The notes under the pieces are model-generated. The model saw only the letters and a program-made list of their open reading frames with translations. It had not been told where the DNA came from and did not search any database. Of a stretch of 64,000 nt of DNA, positions 1 through 14,275 are shown one piece after another. Origin of the DNA: Lingula anatina (taxonomy: Eukaryota > Animalia > Brachiopoda). The DNA is taken from positions 7,386,954 to 7,450,953 of the forward strand of contig CM120644.1 in assembly GCA_051362555.1 (NCBI GenBank), read 5' to 3'. Position numbers and translations under genes: made by a program. The number at the start of each line of letters is the position of its first letter. Position 1 is the first letter of the stretch.

Positions 1-671
1 TCCTGATGATCCTTTGGGCTGTGGGAAATAAACTATGGGGGCAGCTGTTTGAATTAGTTTTATATAATATTATAGAGAATTTATGACTTTTAAGAAGATT
101 AATAATTTAAATAAAGAAATGGGGTTATTGTTGGTAAACACATATATGTGTGTTATGACTGATATTAACTGTGAAAATGTTTTCAAGGTCAAATATGGAT
201 TTAGGGGGATTGCCCCACCCCCACTTCTCCGTTGAATTTTCTTATAATATTTAATGCCACCCCCACCCCCACCCCAGGATCCCCATATAAAACTGCAGGA
301 ATGCTTTTGGCTTTTAAATTTTCCAGATTTCATTTGTACACAAAGAGCTTTAACTCTGTAACAATGAAAATCATGAGAAGATTACATTTACATAATATCT
401 AGACAAACCACAGACGTCAGCTGAAGCATGTCAGTGGGAACGGTTGGTTTCACTTTTAACATTTACAGGAATGTGAAAAATTACATCAAGATGAATATGA
501 ATAATATTAGATAATAAGGAAATTATGAATGAGCAAAATTGCATTTGAATCCCAGTAGCCAAACAATAAAAAAATGAATACCCCTGTGATATCCATGCTG
601 AACACTTAATATAATAATAATAATAATAATAATAATATGGTACTGGTAACAGTATAGTTTTTCCATTGTAG

Positions 672-774
672 AAAAGATGCTGGTACTGAGTGTCTATGGG
701 GAAGGTTTGGATAATGGTGCGACATTATTGATGAAGCTGTCTTGATGGATGGACGAATTGACTTCCAGGAGCAG
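672..774 (+). other. Candidate non-coding 5' UTR exon of the Epac gene
   Basis: ttccattgtAG acceptor and CAG|GTAATA donor; stops in all three frames; exon 1a has its own acceptor (tttcAG ending 2886), implying an upstream exon. Confidence 0.35.
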
Positions 775-1735
775 GTAATATAATAACATTTTATTGCACC
801 TAGATACACATATACCTATCACTGTCATATGCAGTCATCTAAAAGAACCCCTATGCTGATGTTCACTATTATATTAATTAATTTGATATTTTGATTTTAC
901 TTGTGCTATAGCTGAATGGTGTTCATATTGTGTATTTTTTTTTAATGTGGATGTTTCATTGATTTGGTTTAAAATCATTTTTTAGTATTAACCCATTTTG
1001 ATGTCCCTACTGTAATGTTCACGTAAATTTTTCTGTGTTAGTTCAGTTCTGCATTAAGTTTGTTTTATTCATTTGTTAAGTATTAATTTGACATTCGTTT
1101 CTTGTTTCTGCCACGTCAACTTACAGAGTAAACTCGGGTTCTTAATAAAGTACAGTGAGAGCTGTTACAAGTCCACAACATCATGTTTTATTACTATGTT
1201 CAATATAGCATAAAAATTAATAAATTGGCTGCTTTTTCATTCATTTTAATGTATCAGTATACAAGTGACATTTCTTCAAGTATATTCTGTGAAAATAATT
1301 TATGAAAACACGGTATTTGATCTTTCACATACAATCAGGTGCTTATACATGCTGGTCAGGGTGCCTTCTCTTCCCATGAACACACCTAAGTTGTACACCC
1401 TAATTTTCTGGGTAAGCATCTGGAAAAACAAATCCTCATATCTGATATATTGTACAACTGAGTAACATACAGTTTAAAACATCTGCTTCTAGCATCCTGT
1501 CCAAACGTTACAAGTGCGTAATTATATATATTTATACATATATACCATAGTAATAATTGGGATGATTATAAAGCACATTACATCCTGGAAAATGGCTCGT
1601 AGAACCAAGATAATATGATGTGTTGATTGCCATAATTGTCTGATTTCCAGTTCCATGTTGACATGGGGGAACTATATAAACTGCAATATGAAAAAAAGCC
1701 TAGGAAAACCATCATTTCAGGTGATGATTTTGTCT

Positions 1736-1736
<1 letters not shown>

Positions 1737-1780
<44 letters not shown>

Positions 1781-1900
1781 GGGTATAGGAGTGTGTACAT
1801 GTATGTGTAAATGAGTGTATGTGTGTGTAAATGAGTGTGTGTGTATGTAAGTGAGTGAGTGTGTACATGTATGTGTAAATGAGTGTATGTGTGTGTAAAT

Positions 1901-1941
<41 letters not shown>

Positions 1942-2018
1942 AGTGAGCGTAAATGAGAGTGTGTGTGTGTGTAAATGCATGTGTGTGTATACATGTGTGT
2001 GTGCGCATGCGTGTGTGC
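1737..2018. repeat. (TG)n microsatellite with degenerate TG-rich minisatellite
   Basis: Direct inspection; source of the HT-repeat ORFs. Confidence 0.95.
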
Positions 2019-2978
2019 ATGAGGTAACTTTATAACTTGTAAGTGGATAGCGGAAGCCACTTCAGAATAGCAGGCATTGTATATGACAGATTTTGTCAGG
2101 GAATATGTCATTGTCATTGTGATAGCTAAGAACATCTTTGGGAGCGTTGTGTTACAGCTTTAATCAGACATATAGTAGTACAGAACATTTTTGTTGTGGT
2201 TCTTGTTTGGTTTGAAGGATGCCTAAAAATTGTATTTAAGTTGGGCATACAGAACTGCATGTGCAAGAATCTTGTTACAGCTTTGCTTAATTATATACTG
2301 GTACAAATGCATATAGGTGTATTATTTTGTTATTGGTTATTAAATTTGTTTATTTATTTTTAATATAGGCATTGAGTTTTTTTAAAAATTCATTTTTTTA
2401 AATTAAATCTGGGGCTTTTCACAAAAGAACATAAAAAGTCTCAGGGCTATATTATACGCTTAGACTGTTTAAGACAGTTAGCTAACTTACTCTAGCCATG
2501 TATACGTAAATTTCTAAATTGAGGGAGTTGTTTTTTTTTTTCGTGAAAAGTGGTCGGACCCTTTTACTTCAAGACCTAAAAGTGCTGTACATGTGCTTCA
2601 CTGCAAGCTAGTGTAAAACCTAGGATTATATTTTGATTCAGAATGGACCTTTTTTCATTTATGGACTTGGTTTTAAAAATGAGAGGTCAAAAAAATCTCA
2701 TTAAGCAGTATGTTCGATTCTTTGTGAACGATACTTAGCTTGTTTATAGTCCTAGTAGGCTTAGGATTTTTGGCTGAAAACCAACTTAATTTAAACTTGT
2801 GTAATGAGCCCTAGTTGGTTGTAATTGACAATGTGTTAATGTGAGTTGTTACATAAAGTTGTAATTAGTAGACCTGTCAATTTCAGCAAGAGGAAAGAGA
2901 CTAGGGATGTCTTATTAACACACACATCAAAGTTGTGAGAGGATTGTCCAAAACGGTTCCAGCTGCAGAGGAAGCATC

Positions 2979-3013
2979 ATGGTCTTAGACTGGATAGCTG
3001 CTCTGGATAAGAG
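2979..3013 (+). CDS. RAPGEF4: Epac2/RAPGEF4 alternative first coding exon 1a (MVLDWIAALDK-R)
   Basis: atcATGG Kozak; in-frame TAA upstream at 2916; matches the Epac2 N-terminal WIACLDKR motif; AG|GTGAGA phase-2 donor fits exon 2. Confidence 0.9.
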
Positions 3014-4568
3014 GTGAGAAATATGCGTAGTTTCAAGTCTGGCAGGTGACATTTTATTTATTTATTTATTTTTTTTTTTCATAATTATATTATTTCATGA
3101 TGCTTACCATTGTTCATTTAGGTGGATTGTTATTATTTTTTCCTACATGTACATGCTTTTTTTTGTTTTTAAATATTTATGTTTTAAACAGAGGTGAATG
3201 TTCAGCTGGTGTGTATGTGTGTGTAATTTATATCCATTTCAGTACTTCCATTTGTATCAACTTGTTTTATCTATGTGTTCAATATTTTGACTTTAATCCC
3301 TAGGCTACTGAAAGTGTCAGATTCTGTGATTTGTCATATTAAATTGAAAATATAATTAATACTCTTATTTAACGCAAATGCAGAAGAGGGGACAGTTGGC
3401 CAAAGAATAATCTGTCAGTAGTAAAAAAAAAAAGAGTATTGATTACATGTTTGTGTATTTCACTGTAACATATGCATCCACTTGTGTGGATGAAAATGAC
3501 AATATGAATACAATTTTTTGTGAATATGTTATTAAACAATCACAATGAGTAAGGATATTTACTTATTTACTATTAAAAAAAAAAAGTTTCTATTACTACT
3601 ATTACTCAATTGCCGATGAGTGCAGCACTGTCTTGTAGATCCCTCCTAGCAAAAGCGGAGGAGAGAAACTGAGCTAGTGAAATAAGGGTTTCTTTTTCTT
3701 GACATTTCATAATTAACATATACGTATATTAACATATACTAACCTATTGAATATATTGAGTATTGATTATATCAAGTGTTATAACAGAACACCTTGATTA
3801 TAAACAAACATAACTTTTAGAACCTTGTTTGGCCAGCTACATGTAAGTGAGTTTCAGCAGCTCCTATTGGGGGCGCCACCAGTTGGTGTGTACAATGTCC
3901 AAGTTCAAAATGTACATTTGTACATGCTTTGAATTTGAACTGATGCAAATTACACTTGTACATATAACCCAGCTAGGCATCTAGCCAGCAATTTTAAAGC
4001 TGGGGGATCTTTTTTTACTGAAAGAAATGAACCTTTTTTTCTGTGAAACCTAAGCTTTTATTTCAGTTGGTAGATCAAGAGAACTTATAGGGTGGATTTT
4101 GATTCAGATTGGACATTTTCTCACCAAAAAAAGCGGTTATTTCTAAACCACCACTAAACCCCCTGCCCATATATATATATAGTTGCCTGCATCCAGTCTG
4201 TCTATTGACCCCATGTACTGTGTGTGTATTAAACTCTTCATGTCACAATAATATCCCCAGACAATGATTAGTATAAATTAATAGACCCAGAGGCATGTAT
4301 CCAAAATGCGCTCTTTCCATGTCACGTAAGGTCATGTTTGCTGACAACTTATAATTGGACTTATATATTATCTTATCTGTAGGGAAGATGTATCCCAGGG
4401 GGTCATCTAATTACTTTTTTTGTTTTTTGTTTGTTTGTTTTTTTTTTCTAATTCATGCACATACACGTGAATTAAGATTACATGCTTACATATAATGAAA
4501 GGTATAATGAGCATAATTAATAAGTAGCATACATACCGGGTACACTGTATTCTTGATTACACTTACAT

Positions 4569-4760
4569 GTATTCATTTAACAGCAACTAATAATGCAAAA
4601 TGAAACAGAGAGTAAAAAATTGTTTAAAAAAGTAAAAGATAATTGTAAATAAAAAAAAGATTGTGTGCGTGTATTCATTTAACATCAACTATTATTGCAC
4701 AATGAAACAGAGAGTAAAAAATTAGGAAAAAAAGATTACTGTAAATAAAAAAAGATTGCG
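4569..4760. repeat. Two-copy ~100-bp tandem duplication
   Basis: gtattcatttaaca...aatgaaacagagagtaaaaaatt occurs twice. Confidence 0.8.
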
Positions 4761-6330
4761 ATCATAAGCTTAAATGTAATCTATGTGATAATAATCAACA
4801 AATATCTTATGCATATAAAAACTAATTACTTTGAAGCATGTTTCATGAAAAAATTCAATGTGGGACCAAAATGGTAAAAGAGCATGATTGTATGCTGGTA
4901 TGAACTTAATACATGACATCTACAAATATTTTTTATTTGTCAATAGCATACTTGCATGCACATTAACCAAGCAAATTTCTCATAAATGTCAGCAGTCTTG
5001 CCTCGTAAAAACTCACAGGCAAAGACTGCCCTTAAAACCTTTTCAAGACTCTTCCGGTTTGCTTATCCCTAGAGCTGTAACTCGTGGGGGATATGGGATG
5101 AGTTTAAATCAACAGGCATATTGGCCGTCTTTCAGCTAATAGTGATTGGCAGCCCCTGGCTGATTCTGTTGAAAAGATTTTTAATTAAAGAACCCATCCA
5201 ATCAAATTCCTGGCGACAGGCTCTGTTCAGTGTGTGTCACATGGTAATTATAATTAAGATTCGCCCATCGTGGCACAATCTATTACAATCTTTACCTGGA
5301 CACAGAACATTACCTTTGTGATTAATTAGAATTCAATAGAGTCCTGAGGATGCCTGGATGAGTGTACTGTACTGGAGGAACCTTGTGTGAGGGCAACAAG
5401 TTTCCTTGATAGTAAACACATTTATTTGCCAGGAGATACAGCACTGAACATTCACAATGGTCAGTCAGATTGAATTTTTTTTTTTTTTTTTTTTTTTTTT
5501 GTAGGGGAGGGGGCAAGAGGAAGAAAGCACACATTTTTTAAAATGGCGAAAATAAAATTTCCAACTTCTGGTTGGTTATGGGAATGGGGGCTACAGGTTT
5601 ATATGTAAAAGCTGATCAAATTCTACCATATTTTTCATTTAATAAATAAAATTGTCTGGCTTTAACTTGTTCAAATATTTTTCATGAAGCTGTCTACCTT
5701 CTCCTTTAAGTCTTGAAGCTCCTCGTATAATATAATTATATATGGAATGTTGGAATTTTTTTAAAATTTAAATGATGGCATACAAAAATACTGTATCTGT
5801 GAAATTCATAGTTTTTGCCATTGGAAAAGTTCATGGACATAGTTTGTGTAGCAACAGCAGCATGCACAGCCAATCCTTTAAATCATTTTTCCAATTCTTT
5901 TGCTGATGATTGGCATATAATCTGTTATTTAGCACCTTTGGTATGAAACGAAACACAGTATCACTGCATCATGGCAACTGAAGCTCTGCATCCGGTTTTG
6001 CTTAATTAATCCCTTTCATGAAACAATTTCACTAATTTTATCTTCATATTTTCTTAATTGTTATATATGTAGATGTCTTGATCTTGTTTTCTAGAACAAC
6101 TGTAAGTTTTGATGAGTTTCGTGACATACCAGTAGATATGCCTTATTAGTTAACTCTTATAGCATTTAGTTACTGAAACCAATTCACACTTTTTTTTTGT
6201 AAAATTAAGGCCAAATTCAGTATAAAGTAGTAATTCATCCATCATTGTTTGATTGAGTCCCATTGCTATAATGGTTTGTTCAGGCAGCAAGTGTTGAGGA
6301 GAATATCATGGTTACCTGAGACCTAGTTGT

Positions 6331-6347
<17 letters not shown>

Positions 6348-6408
<61 letters not shown>
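6348..6408. repeat. (TA)n microsatellite; similar tracts at ~10120-10172, 12110-12165, 38957-39010, 58388-58434
   Basis: Direct inspection. Confidence 0.95.
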
Positions 6409-6411
<3 letters not shown>

Positions 6412-6454
6412 TATATAAAGTTTTAAGGCTTAGCCACAACAGCTAAAATTAGGT

Positions 6455-6640
6455 AGAACATTTGGTGTATTTTTATTTTTACAGTTCTAATTAATGTTGT
6501 TCTGTAATGAATGTAACAGTTCGAGAACTGTTTTTTGGGAAGTCCTTCAGAATGTACTAGAACATATTAAGAACATTTTTCATTAAAAGAGAAAAACATT
6601 ATGTTCTAGGACAGATTGAGTACCAAATTTTCACACGGGG
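6455..6640. mobile_element. Truncated copy of the CCC-terminated MITE at 52076-52364
   Basis: ~165 bp nearly identical to ~52128-52323; ends aaattttcacacGGGG. Confidence 0.75.
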
Positions 6641-8476
6641 TCTGAGATTTATCCAAAGTTGAGATTAAATAATTGTTGTTGACGTACTTAGCAATTTTCT
6701 TTGGCACAATTTAGAGTTTTAAATTTTACAGTTCGTGTCCAACACCTAAATTGCTGCCATATGTCTTTCATTTTACATATGGTTCATTTTCATTTAGTAG
6801 AAAGCACTGACTTTGATACAATCTATAGCTTTGGCATGTTGTCACAAGCAGAGCATTGTCACACCTAATACACTATTAGAACAATTATGGCAGTTTGTTG
6901 AGACCAGTTTAAATGCATTAGGTTGTGATGGTAGGTTTTTTGGAATTTCCTCTCAAAGTGCCAAAGCAGACATCATAAGCATCTCTTGTCAATTGTTTAA
7001 CCTGAACTTACATGAATAAAGAAGCATTAATTGCTAATGACTATTTGTTTTTATCTAAAAAAATGCAACAACCAACGCAATGCTGTGTTGGTCCATGTCA
7101 CAAACAGCAGTAACGTAATCCACACATCCCCACAAACACATTTGTACGCAATGCAAATAAGTGATTGGGAGTTGAAGCTCATTAGTACGTACCAGAATAG
7201 ATTTTTTAGTATGCAGGCAGGCAGCCGGCCTTTTATTTCACACAGCTTAATTGACTCACTTGTGATGTATGCATACAATGAGCAGGTGCATTGTCTAATG
7301 GTATGGACATTTTTGAAAGTCACCAGATTTTCAGCGTATAGTCCTGCCGAGGTTAAATGTATACTAGAACGCTGTTCTTTAACGCTGTCTGTTTTAAAGG
7401 CTTCTGGCTATTATAGGTGCATGGAGAGATTTGGAAAGTTATCATGATCTGTTTTCATTTGTGGCTTGTCTGGATTAGGATTTGTTGTCGTGATGGTAAA
7501 CAGTGTAATATACAGAGTTTTACCATTGGCTGCTAGGATTATCATCTTGCAAGTGTACCAGGTACAAGTATTGATGAATTTGTAGTGCAAACTGCATAGT
7601 TGAAGAGCACACGAGATGAAAAAAAAAAGTTTAATGATATCAAGTCTTCCTATGTACACTTGCAGCAGAGACACTGTTGGAAACTTTGGATTGTGAAACA
7701 GTGAAGATTCATCATATTCTGATATTTGATTCAAAGTGTGCAAGTATTCGTTACAGATTTTAAAGGCAGTGTTGAAAAGAGAAGGACCATTCAGGAATAC
7801 GTAGTGGTTCTATAACTGCGATGTTTTCATTATGAGGGAATTGGGACTTTAACCAGTCCATATCCAAGTGTTTTGCTTGATTTTTTTATTTTTTCAATTT
7901 TATTTTAAGATTTACTTCAGGAGTAGCACATTCATTGTAAATGAGGAGTGAAAGGAGTTAAAAGTCTGTGGGACATAAAAAACACCCATTTCAATCTAAC
8001 CTGATAAAATATATATGTCATGAGTACCAGCATCTGCAGACTAGTGTGCATACAATGTAAAATGCACAGTGTATAATATTTATAAATACTGGTGGAATAA
8101 CAAACATAGCTTGAGCAGGACTAGATACTTGTTTTTTTCACATTCTGTTTATTTAAGCTGTGTATTTGAGACAAGACAAGAGAGATCTAGGAGGAAAATA
8201 TTACTTGACTTTACAATAGATCCAGCCTATTGGGATTTTAGCTTCGTCTGTGCTGGGTATTTACGTTATTTAGTACATGGATATACATGTACCCAATGTG
8301 GCAGTAATCCCTATTACAAATACCATGTATGGGACACTATTTACAAGGAAGTGAACTTGAGAACCAATGCCTTAATTTTGCTGAAGGTTTTTTTCTGCAT
8401 TAATGTGACAGCCAGTCTATAATTACATTTTCAACTTGGCTGTTTTGGCACCCTCCCTCTGCCTGGAGTATTGGAC

Positions 8477-8556
8477 ATGGGCTCCAAGCATACTGGTTTT
8501 CACACTGGTGTAAGAGCCACTGGGCGCCCCAAGTGGACCGACTGCTTGGACAAAAG
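8477..8556 (+). CDS. RAPGEF4: Epac2/RAPGEF4 alternative first coding exon 1b (MGSKHTGFHTGVRATGRPKWTDCLDK-R)
   Basis: gacATGG Kozak; in-frame stop upstream at 8420; WTDCLDKR matches Epac2 WIACLDKR; AG|GTAAAG phase-2 donor. Confidence 0.85.
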
Positions 8557-8825
8557 GTAAAGTCTGAGAAATGTGGGCTTAGGAAATGGGGATGTTAAGG
8601 AAATTAAAGGGGGGATGGAGTAAATTAAAGGAACTTTTTTGTGCTTTGTCACTCCTCTCTACCTACTGCATATGCCCTTATTTTGCTATAATCTGATAAG
8701 GTTTGATAAGTGAACAATTAGGTTCAAAACTAAATATTTAACTAAGTATTTAAGGATCTTTAATTTGGCCAAAGGAGACAGGTGGAAGAAGATTTTTTTT
8801 CCCTTGACCTCTACAAACCCATGTA

Positions 8826-8929
8826 TCTTTACATATACATGCATGCACACACTACCAGTATACTATTACCTACTCCATGCACACACACACCTCTACTCCC
8901 CGTACACACTCCTACACCACCTCCTGCAC

Positions 8930-8961
<32 letters not shown>

Positions 8962-9025
8962 CTATACCCTCCCACACACACACCTATACCCCCCGACACA
9001 CACACACACACACACATACACACAC
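8826..9025. repeat. CA-rich low-complexity/(CA)n tract
   Basis: Direct inspection. Confidence 0.9.
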
Positions 9026-10113
9026 GTACTGCGTTAATCCAGAATGCATGCACACCAAAACAAAGTTTACTTTCTGTGAGGTCATCAGACAACCCAATCA
9101 ATTCACCAGGCCTTAGGCCAAGTGTCTCTGTAAATATCTCACCACTTGGTACAGGGAAACTCCACATTTAATTTCCTTAATAAAGAAAATTGTATGCATT
9201 GGAGCCAGATTTACAAAAACCTTTGACTTTTTCCGCGTTACAAGGCTTGTGGGCTTAATCTTTTTTCTGTGATCCACGCGTCAAGAATTGATTAACAATG
9301 CCTTAATGTCAGCATTCATAAATGCAAGATGACTAAGAAAGCAGCCCCCTAGCTCCACCCACCTTTTAGTAGCTAACTCCTTCTTAATTAAAAAGCCAAA
9401 ATCATATTGACTTCTGTTTAGATATTTTGTAAATAGATTTTCTGGCAAGTAAAGCTAATAAACCAGTAATGATGGCCTTATCTGATGAATATATAAGTAA
9501 GGTGTACATGCAGCTTGGCTCACTTTTAGCATTTAATTCTCTTCAGAGATCAATGTAACCTTGTTTGCTTTATGAATTTTGAATAATGTATCTATTTTCA
9601 CCTGGCCATAGATTTAGAATAGAAGGGCGCTTGGTTTAACATACTATAGTAAGTAAGGGATTCATGTTGTTGTAGCTCTATTGACGACCTTGTGAAAGAA
9701 AAACAGAAATATTGACTGGACAGCAACTTACAGTTAAAAAAAAAAGGTTGAGAACAACGAAGTCTCTGCAACAGACTGCCATTTGTTGTAGTTCACTGTG
9801 CCAGTTAAGAAGTAAGAAATAGTAGAACTGATAGAATTTTCTTATTATTTAAGAAAGCTTGAGAATTACATGCAGTCTGATTGGCACTTACAATTTATAT
9901 TTCTTTTCTTTTTTTTTTTGTTTGTGCCTCACTCTCTCACTTGGCCACTTTGATAATAGTAACTGTAAAGTTATTTACCCCTCCCCCTTTTCTCCACATT
10001 GTTCATCCACCTACTTCCTCCCAGCCACCCTCCCCCCCCCCCCAAATAAAAAAAAGAAACAAGACATCAATTAATAAAATGACTCTCTATTTGATATTGG
10101 TGGTGGTAGATTA

Positions 10114-10178
<65 letters not shown>

Positions 10179-12105
10179 AGCCCTTTTCCTCTTAGCCACT
10201 CTAACTACGTAAGAGTTGTGTTACCCAGCAAACCAAATCCCATAAAATCATGAGTCCTCATGAAACGCCAATTCACTTCTAGATAAGCCGAGCCTAGATC
10301 ATTATTTACTCATAGCGAGCTGTTATCACGCTGACAGGGCTAAATGCTGTTTACGATAGTGGAATAATGTTGATGTTGCTAGCATAAGGTTTTAAATTGT
10401 TTGAACACGAGCGTGTGCTGGCATACGTCTCCGCTGAGGTCACTTCAATAAAATGCGCGAGCATGCAAATGGTGTTTGTTTATGCATTTTGTTACTAATG
10501 CATATAAGAAACCACCCCCATGCTTTGACAGATGAAGTATACATAAAAGGAAATTAAAGGTTACATGGATTCTATAGTTGTTATTCAAAAACAATAAATA
10601 TGATGTTTATTGACCTTTTATATCTATTAATAATGACCTGAGGGCTATTGGGAAATGACAAGGCTACTTATAGAGGTTATTTGTGTCAGGTTAAGTGAAG
10701 ATAAGTATTATGTTAGCAATTACATAATAATATTATTTTGTTTTAGTCTAGTCAGTATATCTGCTATATTTGCCATGCACACGGTCTTAATCTTCTCAAT
10801 TACATGTAACATTCAAACCAAAAGAATGTTCTTGTAAAGGGATGAAAATATCAAATAATTTTTTCCCTTGTCACACTGCAGCTCCTTCGAAAGTTGCATT
10901 AGATGTCATAAACTCATTTAGTATGAGCTGAAATAAATGAACAGTTATATGGTGAAAGGAATAATTACACAGGTATATAATAGCATGCATGCCTATTATG
11001 ATAGTGGTTCACTGAATTGAATATATTTTCACTTATTTCTGTAGCTTAATTGTATGTCTTCAGCAACAGATGCCTTTTTAGTGGTACCCGTACAGTTTAC
11101 TATTGGGTTATTATTTTTCAAATATTAAGTCATTCTGATGTGAAATCTTTGATACAGTACATCAGTTATCTAATATTCTATCATTCACACATGCAAAAGA
11201 GCACATGCTTAATTAATTAAGGCATGAAAAGCATATCATGCATGCAATTACGAAATTGCCATAATATCATATTAATATATGGCCCAAAAAATTGTCATTT
11301 ATAATTTGTCTTTCAGCTAAATTGCACGAAATCTGTAACCTGCTTCCTGTTAGATTTATATCTTACTTGGAAATCCCTCATCTCTCTTCTTTATTAACTG
11401 AGTGTGATAATTTGATATTGGTGGTGGTAGATTTCCAAAGATACGTAGTTTTTTTTTTGAGGCACAGGTGTATACATGCTCTTCGTAAATTTGCAATTAT
11501 ACTTTGAAAACATTTATCTAGTATTCTTGGTGACTGTAATTTGATATTGGTTGTGGCAGATATCTGAAGTCGTTCCCTAAAGATCTCAGTATGTACACCA
11601 TTTTCCAGGACTTATTGCATTTCTGTGTACCTTATAAAACATGCCTGAGTCTTTGAAGTCTTTAGCTGGCAAATTATTGCCATGAAATACCCCATGAAAA
11701 TGATTTTGCTCAGATTTTCAATAGAAAAGTATCAGAACATTTGATTTTTTAACAGGAGAAAAATGCTCTTTTGCCTTAAGATTTTTTTGTGGCCCTTGTC
11801 ACAGTGATTTTTTAAAGATTTTATTTGATTGCATTCAGCGAGAGTCCCTGTGGAATTAGTGCGCTGTAGCTGGGTGGATAAATACATTGTGAATGGACCC
11901 TTATACATTTTATTTAGTGTAAGAGTGAAAACCTGTGAGACTATTGATTCAGTGATTTCATTGCTGGTTGCCTCGATCAAGCTTCATGACAGACATTAAA
12001 TGAAGTGCACTTGAAGAAATGGCTTTATTTAGCCTGAACGTTGTGAATTGTGAAGAAACTGAATAGATCATGTGCACTTTAAGAATCTTTAAGTGCCAGT
12101 GACAC

Positions 12106-12170
<65 letters not shown>

Positions 12171-14202
12171 GTAATTCATTTGAATCAGGCCTGTGGGGAG
12201 GGGTGGGGGAGGGGGGCTAGAAAGAACTGCCCTCTTAGCTCTAAATCATAATTCCGTCTACCATTATCAATATAGGTTCCATGCCTGATTTTCTCACATT
12301 GTGTCCACAAATTTAAGGTCACCGTGGTAAAAAGGATTTTTTTCAGAATAAGCCCCCCCCCCCTTTGAAATTTCTGGTTAGCTGATGGCACGCTTCCAGT
12401 AGATGCAGACAGCATCAGCAAAAAAAAAAAAAAAAAAGAAAATGACATTGTTTTCAACATCCTATGTTATGTGATGCAGATCAATCAGATCTAAGAAAAC
12501 AGATTGATTTAAAAGTGCATTAGAGCTTATACTGAAGCTGGGTGTCCAGGAGATTAGTCTTTATTGCCTCTGTCTTCATACCTTATATATATAGCTACTG
12601 GTGCACAGTTACACAGTGTTAGGTTTAATGAAAAGGCACCTGGATTTGTGGGTTGATGAAAATAATGTTTCAGCACCTGAGATCGATGTACTGTACTGGT
12701 ATGGTAGTGACTCACACTTTCAAATAGGCAAAATTGTGAATTTTGGGCTGAATTATACAGGTACTTATTTCTATAGGTCTTAAATTCAAAGTTGAAGAGC
12801 CGGCCATCTTTTAGTTCTCTTTTATACTGTAAAAACACCACAACTGCTATATAGATATATTATTATAGTGATTTGAAAATCATGTTTTAGATGATTGATT
12901 ATTTTTCCCCCTTGAAAAGATGAGAGATGCCAATTAATCTCTGGAAATACAAAATCTGGAGTTTCTAAAATTTTGCTCAGTGGGAGAGAGGGGGAGTTTG
13001 GTTATTGCCGTTGTGCTCGGGGGGGGGGGGGGGGGGGGGGGGGACCAATCTCTCATCTCAACACCCCTCCCCCACCCCACAAACAATTAGAAGAGGATTA
13101 TGAAGCTGATGGTGGTGCAAATTTCCAAAGTGGCTTTTATCAGGGAGATTTGGCTACTCATACTGGAGACCGAGAGATTTGTTCTGTATCAGGGAGACTC
13201 CCGGATTATCTCGGAGAGTTGATCAGTATGAAAGATCGAGTTATTACCGTATGCTAACTGGGCTGCCGCTTCACAGCAAATAACGACAGAATCCCAGACA
13301 CAAAATGAGATAAAATAGACATATAGTATCAGCTATTGCACTTAATAGACACCATTAAGTGAATGCTTCTTCATTCTCTTTGATAATTCATCACTCTGAA
13401 CACAGACAACTTACGGAATTGAGAGATTGGTGATAGATTACTGAATCTGCATGTTGAATGTTGCAAAGAAAGATGTGAGGAAAAACTATCATAAGGTTGT
13501 CACAGACTAAATTGATAGCAGATAGATCATACAGCCTGTACTTGAAACCCAGCATATAATCTTTATTGCTACCCACTCCAGGCATGTTGATATGTGCGTG
13601 CTTGTCCTGCACTGAGGGTACTTAGATACAAATAGAGATAGGTGGCTGTGTGATTTTTTTTTTTTTTTGAAATTTAAATATTTACTAGTATATGAACAGC
13701 ACAATTTTACATGGGGTATTTTGATTCCCTGGAACTTGATCATGTATATGACAGATGCAAGCTAGGTAAACTGTTACTGTGCTGGTCAGTGGTTAATCAT
13801 AAACAAATATCTAAAAAAAATATCGCAGCATGCTACTCTGTTCCTGTTAGAGAACATATACAAATAACATATCAGTTCATCTGCAAAACAGTTTAACATA
13901 TACCAGTAAGACAAAGTAGAAAGGAATGACACAAAATGGCAATCTTGAAGGATATATCGTAAGTCTAGACTTATATACACAGACAGTTAGCAATTTTGGA
14001 AGATATTATAACACAAATGGATAACACTGAAGGATATAAATAGTTTTACATAACATACTGTAGTACAGATCACATTGCAGGATAGAAGACAGACATCATA
14101 CTGAAGGGCAGCACACCATGTAGCACAGAGGGATAACATGTATGTATGTTGATATAACACAACAGGATAATAGTAAGGGATAACAGATAAGGTATATGGC
14201 AA

Positions 14203-14275
14203 TTAAGGATAACTGATGGATAACACTAAGGATAACTGATGTATAACACTAAGGATAACTGATGGATAACACGGA
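14203..14275. repeat. ~23-bp minisatellite (taaggataactgatggataacac x3)
   Basis: Direct inspection; degenerate copies extend upstream to ~14020. Confidence 0.8.

Noticed and set aside
1578-2135. His/Thr-rich ORFs (also 8765-9171, 17980-18228, 51529-51717)
   Set aside because: Translations of (CA/TG)n microsatellites
7031-7447. 138-aa ORF and neighbours in intron 1
   Set aside because: No recognisable domain, non-ATG start, composition typical of random AT-rich ORFs
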